Source: a virus
Taxonomy: Duplodnaviria > Caudoviricetes
Virus record (IMG/VR): IMGVR_UViG_3300023099_000003
Location: 1-50,389 of that record
Reading direction: 5' to 3' (one strand)
Length of the DNA stretch: 50,389 nucleotides
Part shown: in pieces, positions 44,991 through 50,389 of the stretch
Position numbering within the stretch: position 1 is the stretch's first letter
Layout: each line of letters begins with the position of its first letter
The notes under the pieces: generated by a model
What the model saw: the letters and a program-made list of their open reading frames with translations, nothing else
The model's database searches: none
What the model was told of the DNA's origin: nothing
Made by a program: the position numbers and the translations under genes

Positions 44991-45625
44991 TCTTGCGGCA
45001 AGCCTTGATGATGGCGGGGGGTAGCCCTGACCCTGAATATGTGGGCGTCACCACTGCACAGCAATATTCATCCACTACATCGCTTGGCATTTCTATACCT
45101 GCTGCGGCCAAGGCAAAGGATTTGCTTTGCCTGATTGTCTGCACAAATGGGGCGATTGCGGACACCCCGGCAGGGTGGGTGAGAGAATGGTTTTCGGGCA
45201 GCACCTCCCCACGCATTACATTCTTCACTCGCACAATGCAGTCTGGCGACACAGCGGTAACTCTGACGGCAACTTCCTCGCGGTGGGCCATCCAGATGAT
45301 GGCATTCCGCCATGCTGCCTATGAAGGGGATTCCGGGGCTGTCACGCGAACGGGGGCTGGAACGCTTACTGCTGCCAGTTTCTCGCTGGCGAGCAGGGGT
45401 TTCATTATGTCTATTTTTGCCATTCAAGGTTCGGGAACGCTTTCGGCAACAGTGCCATCCGGGATGACGTTGGGGGCGAATATCGCTACTTCCACAGCCG
45501 CTCTTTTGCTTTCCACATCTTATGTGCTGCTGCCCACGGCAGGGGCGTCGGGCACAAAAACATCTACGCTTTCGATGAGTTCAGGTGATGGTATAGGCCT
45601 ACTCTATGGGATAAAACGAGCATGA
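44987..45625 (+). CDS. Fibre-associated beta-rich protein
   Basis: MILRQALMMAGG start; TPAGW and PSGMT repeats; coupled to fibre 2. Confidence 0.6.
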   Translation: MILRQALMMAGGSPDPEYVGVTTAQQYSSTTSLGISIPAAAKAKDLLCLIVCTNGAIADTPAGWVREWFSGSTSPRITFFTRTMQSGDTAVTLTATSSRWAIQMMAFRHAAYEGDSGAVTRTGAGTLTAASFSLASRGFIMSIFAIQGSGTLSATVPSGMTLGANIATSTAALLLSTSYVLLPTAGASGTKTSTLSMSSGDGIGLLYGIKRA

Positions 45626-46332
45626 TCTACGCCCTGACAGACCCCAATGGGGAAGTGCTGAAATATCCCTACACTGGCGATCCTGATGCTGAGGGGGTTG
45701 TCGAAGTGGTGGACGTAGCACCACCCACTCTGACCGATGGCCAGACCTTGGACGAGATGGCCCCCGTCAATGACAATGGCGTCTATGTGCGCAATTGGGT
45801 CGTGCATGACTGGCTGGTGATCGAGCCAGGGGAATTGTATGCCAAGGTTGTGGATGGCACCGTGGCTGCGTATCCCTACACCCTTGCAGACCTGAAGCGC
45901 GACTGGCCTGAGACTTCATTCCCGCCAGCCCCAAGGCAGATGGATGATGAATGGGGTGTAGTGGCGGTGGATCGCGTGGATGCGCCGGAGGCGGGGGAAG
46001 GTGAAGTAGCTGAGGAATCCACACCCATTGGTCCGCCGTGGGCACAAGTGTGGACCGTGCGCACCAAGACTTCGGAGGAACTGGCTGTTCCAGTGCCCGT
46101 TGTTGTTACCATGAGGCAGGCGCGCTTGGCGTTGCTTGGGGCTGGGAAATTGGCGGATGCGGAGGACGCGCTGGATGCTTTGCCCTCACCGCAAAAGGAA
46201 GCCGCTCGTATCGAATGGGAATATGCCACTGAGGTTCGGCGCGATTGGCCATTCGTCGGCATGGTGGCAACGGCGTTGGGGCTGTCTTCAGAACAGGTGG
46301 ATGCCTTGTTTATTGCGGCGGCTGAGCTTTAA
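45622..46332 (+). CDS. Tail fibre assembly-like protein with a duplicated domain
   Basis: Two YPYT...W.V units plus VTMRQARLAL...IEWEYA...QVDALF. Confidence 0.7.
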   Translation: MIYALTDPNGEVLKYPYTGDPDAEGVVEVVDVAPPTLTDGQTLDEMAPVNDNGVYVRNWVVHDWLVIEPGELYAKVVDGTVAAYPYTLADLKRDWPETSFPPAPRQMDDEWGVVAVDRVDAPEAGEGEVAEESTPIGPPWAQVWTVRTKTSEELAVPVPVVVTMRQARLALLGAGKLADAEDALDALPSPQKEAARIEWEYATEVRRDWPFVGMVATALGLSSEQVDALFIAAAEL

Positions 46333-46367
46333 GGGTAGGGTGCGCTTGCTTCAGTAGGAGACTAACT

Positions 46368-46439
46368 ATGCGAGCTGTAACCCCAACGCCGACCCCTAGC
46401 CCAACCCCTACCCCCGGCACCGGAAAACCGAAGCCGTGA
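46368..46439 (+). CDS. 23-aa Pro/Thr peptide (not in ORF track)
   Basis: AGGAG-N7-ATG; MRAVTPTPTPSPTPTPGTGKPKP; GTGA overlap with the next gene. Confidence 0.65.
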   Translation: MRAVTPTPTPSPTPTPGTGKPKP

Positions 46440-46852
46440 TTGACGCCATGCTCCTGGCGGCGTTTTTGTGCGGATGCGTATCTGTCCTTATGGGCAATCG
46501 CACCGCCATACCGTTGCTTGCGAGCATGGCATTTTCGGTTGCGCTGATATACGCGGGCGTTCCATTCAACTTCTTCTTCTGGTGGATGATTGATCTGGCG
46601 GTAATTTTCACAATCATCTGCATGGGAATGCAGAAGCGCGAAATCGACATGTGCGACTTTGCCGTGATAGGCTTATTTGCACCAGCATGGATTGCCTACC
46701 AGATGGGCGGAGAAATCCGCTTTTGGGGATCGATTATAGTGGTCGTCATGCAATTCGCTATCGTGTTTCCGTATCGTCAGTTGATGAAGCTGGCCAAAGG
46801 TTGGCTTCTCGCATTCCGCAATGATGACTTCAACATGATGGTGGCGGCGTGA
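46436..46852 (+). CDS. Multi-pass membrane protein
   Basis: About 4-5 hydrophobic segments in 138 aa. Confidence 0.75.
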   Translation: MIDAMLLAAFLCGCVSVLMGNRTAIPLLASMAFSVALIYAGVPFNFFFWWMIDLAVIFTIICMGMQKREIDMCDFAVIGLFAPAWIAYQMGGEIRFWGSIIVVVMQFAIVFPYRQLMKLAKGWLLAFRNDDFNMMVAA

Positions 46853-47193
46853 CAGACAGCATGGGAGACGCAGTCCAGACCAGACTTGTTGCGGAACAGG
46901 TTGCGAAGGCGACCATCAAGCAATTCACTATGGACCATCCTGAGCTGGTAAAGATGGAAGTTCCACCTCCGCTCAAATGGGCCGCCACGATTATCGCCGC
47001 CTTGTTCACCATGGGTGCTGGCGGGCTGTGTTTCTGGCTAATCACCACCGTCAATGAAGTGCAGCTTACATTGGCCCGTGTGGATGAAAGGCTGCAAAAC
47101 CAGACCAGTGCCCAAGGGTCAAGGTTTGACGAGCTGGACCGTCGCGTAAGCACCATTGAAGTTAGCATTTCTGATAAGAGGAATGACAAGTGA
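46849..47193 (+). CDS. Single-TM coiled-coil lysis-region protein (holin/antiholin candidate)
   Basis: One TM followed by a heptad-like tail; directly before the endolysin. Confidence 0.6.
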   Translation: MTDSMGDAVQTRLVAEQVAKATIKQFTMDHPELVKMEVPPPLKWAATIIAALFTMGAGGLCFWLITTVNEVQLTLARVDERLQNQTSAQGSRFDELDRRVSTIEVSISDKRNDK

Positions 47194-47786
47194 GCGATCC
47201 ACGCAAACCCGTATTTGACGCTATCCGAAACGAGCAGCCGATACTGCCCGCACATGTTGCTATTGTTGATAAGGCGCTGGACGACATTGACTTCCCGAGA
47301 GCGGGAGGAACTGGAGTGTGGATCGCTCTTGCCGTTCCGCTGATGCACGAATTTGAAGGATATGCCGACAAGCAGCCGGACGGCTCAGTTAAGGCATATC
47401 CCGACCCAGCCACTGGGGGCAAGCCTTGGACGATAGGCTGGGGCAGCACGACAGACGAACAGGGCAATCCTATTGTTCCTGGCACTATTTGGTCGCGTGA
47501 CCGCGCAGAACGTCGCTTTGAAATGGATCTGGCGGCATTCTCCAGTAAGGTTCGTGCCTTGTTGACCGCGCCCACTAGCGATTCCCAATTTGCGGCGATG
47601 GTTTCTCTGGCCTACAATATTGGCATGGGTAATTTCCAAAGCAGCACACTTCTGCGCAAACACAATGCGGGCGACTATGCTGGCGCTAAGGCCCAATTCG
47701 CAGTTTGGAATAAGGCCAACAAGAAAGTGATGGCAGGACTAACTCGCCGCCGCGCTGCCGAAGCCTCTCTGTACGGTGCAGGATAA
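47190..47786 (+). CDS. Endolysin, GH24 lysozyme
   Basis: EFEG..., AYPDPATGGKPWTIGWGST, SLAYNIG, SSTLLRK, GLTRRRAAE. Confidence 0.93.
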   Translation: MSDPRKPVFDAIRNEQPILPAHVAIVDKALDDIDFPRAGGTGVWIALAVPLMHEFEGYADKQPDGSVKAYPDPATGGKPWTIGWGSTTDEQGNPIVPGTIWSRDRAERRFEMDLAAFSSKVRALLTAPTSDSQFAAMVSLAYNIGMGNFQSSTLLRKHNAGDYAGAKAQFAVWNKANKKVMAGLTRRRAAEASLYGAG

Positions 47787-48154
47787 TGGCTTGGCCCACC
47801 ATCAAGATCGTGGTGACGAAACCGAACGACGCGCGCGGGTGGATCGGGCTGGGCTGCTATTCGCTTGTGCTGGTGATCTTCGCCATGATCTTGGCCGAAC
47901 CTGATTTGCTCGACAATGATGCATTCCTTATCTTGGCCACTGCGGTAGTCATCACGGGATGGGTGCAAGGTCCTGTGGGCTGGGCATATCAGGCCACCAA
48001 GGGTGGCGGGGAAGCCGCTGAGTCTACCGCGCGCATCGCCGAAGAAGCGGCTTCTGCCAATGTCCAGATTGCAAAAAAAGGACCGCAGCAAGTCGAAGTC
48101 GCAAACGACGCTGAAAACCCAATCCCGACAACAACCGGAGGGAAAACGAAATGA
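47786..48154 (+). CDS. Two-TM holin candidate
   Basis: Two hydrophobic helices; lies between endolysin and spanins. Confidence 0.6.
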   Translation: MAWPTIKIVVTKPNDARGWIGLGCYSLVLVIFAMILAEPDLLDNDAFLILATAVVITGWVQGPVGWAYQATKGGGEAAESTARIAEEAASANVQIAKKGPQQVEVANDAENPIPTTTGGKTK

Positions 48155-48435
48155 CATGGCTAACCGCAAAAGCCGCATTCGGACTTGCCCGCTATTGGTG
48201 GATCTTGATCGTCCTTGCTGCCGTGACAGGCCTATGGTTTGCCTACACGGCAACGCTGGACAGGATGACTGAACAGGCCACTGAGGTGGGCACCGTCAAG
48301 CAGCAGAACGCCAACCTCACCGAAACAATCCGCAACGTGGAGAAAGCCAATGTCGCAGCTGAAACTATGCGCCGTGACCCTGCTGTTAGCCGGGCTGAGT
48401 GCCTGCGCAACGCCAGAAATCCCGAAGATTGCTGA
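48151..48435 (+). CDS. i-spanin (Rz-like)
   Basis: N-terminal TM, coiled coil, C-terminal Cys. Confidence 0.7.
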   Translation: MTWLTAKAAFGLARYWWILIVLAAVTGLWFAYTATLDRMTEQATEVGTVKQQNANLTETIRNVEKANVAAETMRRDPAVSRAECLRNARNPEDC

Positions 48436-48598
48436 CAGCGCCTGCACCGCCTTCAACCGCATCCGATACTCTGTGCCGCCACTACAGCCCGATGGGACTA
48501 GAACGGTCGCGGTCGATACGGGCAACCGTTACGACACGGTGGAAACGGTAAGCGATGTTGCAGAGCATAATGCACGGTTTGAGGCGGTTTGTGGTTGA
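48350..48598 (+). CDS. o-spanin lipoprotein (Rz1-like)
   Basis: Lipobox LSAC; overlaps the i-spanin in another frame. Confidence 0.75.
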   Translation: MSQLKLCAVTLLLAGLSACATPEIPKIADSACTAFNRIRYSVPPLQPDGTRTVAVDTGNRYDTVETVSDVAEHNARFEAVCG

Positions 48599-48674
48599 CC
48601 GCCACCTCAGGAAATGCGAATTTTAACCTGCAACGGTTGGTTCGCACACGTCCTGGCGTGGTGATCCTTCATTA

Positions 48675-48702
48675 GGGGCCGGGGTAATTCTCGGCCCTTT
48701 TT
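48675..48702 (+). terminator. Terminator ending the late operon
   Basis: GGGCCGGG-GTAA-TTCTCGGCCC-TTTTT. Confidence 0.75.
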
Positions 48703-48806
48703 GCATCAATCCTTAAATGCCGCGCACATCCACGCGAAAAACAGCCACCAAGACCAATCGCCAACAATGGCGGCGACGATCACAAGAAGTAGGCCTAGAC
48801 AGCCCA

Positions 48807-49070
48807 TTATCCCTCTCCCTGGTTCTGATCCACTGACTGGATGGGTGGGGGTGATCGTGGCTTGAGAACGCAGGCACCAACCCAAAGCGGGCCAAAGCAT
48901 ACAGCCATCCCCCGAGAGCCGCCGGTGATGAACTCAACGCCGAAATACCATGCCGTTGGCGCGAACGCGGCTGCTAGTCCAATAGTGGTAGTGCCAAGCC
49001 TGCGACCGAAAAACCTATACCATTTGGCCGGCGTGATCGTATCGAACGGCTCCCAATCTGAAATAATCAT
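48807..49070 (-). CDS. Hypothetical protein
   Basis: Coupled ORF in the leftward operon. Confidence 0.55.
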   Translation of the reverse strand: MIISDWEPFDTITPAKWYRFFGRRLGTTTIGLAAAFAPTAWYFGVEFITGGSRGMAVCFGPLWVGACVLKPRSPPPIQSVDQNQGEG

Positions 49071-49600
49071 TCCCCACCGCCTTGCCTATGGGGCTGTAGC
49101 GCGCGGATGGTGTTATAGGCGATGGCGGCAATAGCGCCGGGCGACTTGTCACCATCATCCAGGGCATAGTCGCAGATCGCTGCATGGGCTTTATTTGCCG
49201 CCTCTTCCAGCGCCTGTGCGCGGGCTTGTTGGGCGTGACGGGCGAAGGCTTGGACGAATGAAGTCCCATCCATCTTGCCTTGACGAATTTTCTCCATCTG
49301 AAGGTCTGTGAACATAAAATGCAGCGCGCCCAGGTCAGCCGCCTGATCCCTATCCCTCTGAGTAACCCCCAACGCGCCATTTGCAATTTGCTCGGCGGGC
49401 TGCTGGGTGAGGGCGGCTTCCTGGAACGCGCCGATAGCACATGGCTCGCAACGCCAAGCTCGTTTGCCTACGCCGTGGACAGTTTCTTTGCAGTCGTTGC
49501 ACCCGATGAGATAATGGCCCGACCAATAGCCGAACTTCCGTAGTTGCTCAGTGGTCGGCATTTCGTGCTCGATTGCCGCCAGTTCCGTGTTGCTATCCAT
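49067..49600 (-). CDS. Hypothetical protein with a CxxC...CxxC motif
   Basis: CNDC...KRAWRCEPCA; ALEEAA..IRAL tail. Confidence 0.65.
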   Translation of the reverse strand: MDSNTELAAIEHEMPTTEQLRKFGYWSGHYLIGCNDCKETVHGVGKRAWRCEPCAIGAFQEAALTQQPAEQIANGALGVTQRDRDQAADLGALHFMFTDLQMEKIRQGKMDGTSFVQAFARHAQQARAQALEEAANKAHAAICDYALDDGDKSPGAIAAIAYNTIRALQPHRQGGGE

Positions 49601-49823
49601 GATCGGGTTCCTGTGTTTGGGTGCGGGTGTAGGCGGTCAAGGCAGCGGAAAGTGCTGCGCACATGACCTCTCTGGCGGTCTTCTTTTGCGGTTCGTGCCA
49701 CAGGTTCCAGCCCACGTGCTGGACCTGACACGCCCTCTCAACCATGACCTGGGTTATGGTAATCTCGAACGTGCCAGCCACGATCCGCTCGACCTCACCT
49801 TGGGCTTCCCGGTTAGTCGGCAT
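49593..49823 (-). CDS. Hypothetical protein
   Basis: Coupled ORF; GEVERIV, ITQVMVERA. Confidence 0.6.
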   Translation of the reverse strand: MPTNREAQGEVERIVAGTFEITITQVMVERACQVQHVGWNLWHEPQKKTAREVMCAALSAALTAYTRTQTQEPDHG

Positions 49824-50028
49824 GGGGGGTGGCCTTTAGCCAGCGCGCCTTGCCCTTTTCGGTCAAGCGGACCATGTTTCGCGCAGCCCCGCCTTGGGGG
49901 CGCACAAGTTCTGCCTCTTCGTCAGCCACCATTCGGTTGAGGTGAGCTTTGGCCAATTGGAATGACCGGACCCACATCGTTTTATCACGCAGCTTTCCTG
50001 CAATTATAGGTCGGAAGTCAGCCATCAT
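49813..50028 (-). CDS. Small winged-helix-like hypothetical protein
   Basis: ...VRLTEKGKA wing-like motif. Confidence 0.5.
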   Translation of the reverse strand: MMADFRPIIAGKLRDKTMWVRSFQLAKAHLNRMVADEEAELVRPQGGAARNMVRLTEKGKARWLKATPHAD

Positions 50029-50389
50029 TCCCCCTCCCGGCCCTGATCGGTGGAGAGGGCGGCGCGGAGTTCTTCAACTGCTTGGCCTGTATAGTAAGCG
50101 CCGCTATCGACAGGAGAATGACCACAATTGATGGGGTTACTGTGCTTTTCCATGTCGTCACCGCAGCAACAAACACCAGACGTGATCTCGCACTGCGCAA
50201 GGCAGCTTAAAACGGCGCTGGCCTTTGCCCTCAGCCCCTCAATCTCCGCCCGTGCTGCCGAAAGGGATTGCTGGCGGTGGGTGGCGAGGACATCCTTAAC
50301 GACTTGCTCGAAGAAACTGCTGCCCTTGTACACCGTTACTTCTTCGGTCCACTCGCGATGCTCGCCGCTGTAGTCTTCCGACCTTTTCA
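50025..50389 (-). CDS. 3' part of the junction-spanning protein starting at 874
   Basis: Frame is continuous through the terminal repeat; SGVCCCGDDM...HSPVD. Confidence 0.8.
   Translation of the reverse strand, partial: KRSEDYSGEHREWTEEVTVYKGSSFFEQVVKDVLATHRQQSLSAARAEIEGLRAKASAVLSCLAQCEITSGVCCCGDDMEKHSNPINCGHSPVDSGAYYTGQAVEELRAALSTDQGREGE
50303..50389. repeat. Terminal direct repeat, right copy
   Basis: Identical to 1-87. Confidence 0.95.

Overview
The window looks like a complete, circularly permuted genome (about 50.3 kb unique) of a tailed phage with siphovirus-like gene content. Bases 1-87 are identical to 50303-50389, and a minus-strand ORF reads through that junction. No integrase, tRNA or CRISPR array was seen. 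An alphaproteobacterial host is suggested only by inference. Layout: small early genes; a leftward replication/modification block (VRR-NUC nuclease, SF2 helicase, HNH, N4/N6 DNA methyltransferase, C5 methyltransferase, YqaJ exonuclease, beta clamp, SSB-like protein, Sak4-like ATPase); primase-helicase and a candidate origin; terminases, portal, protease/scaffold, capsid; a neck/tail region interrupted by promoter-bearing small-gene cassettes; tape measure, two fibre modules and a lysis cassette. The main finding is a complete HNH endonuclease gene (7769-8440), apparently with its own promoter, written in the +1 frame inside the N4/N6 methyltransferase. The methyltransferase frame stays open across it and gains a roughly 235-aa insert bracketed by Cys pairs, with no convincing intron or intein. 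The adjacent C5 methyltransferase is also dual-coded, with motif IX in a second frame (M.EcoHK31I-like). Other notable features: a vestigial helicase N-terminus left upstream of an HNH cassette, a second tail-tube paralogue fused to a large low-GC domain, a 23-aa Pro/Thr peptide coupled to a membrane protein at the head of the lysis cassette, and repeated promoters whose -35 box doubles as the upstream stop codon.
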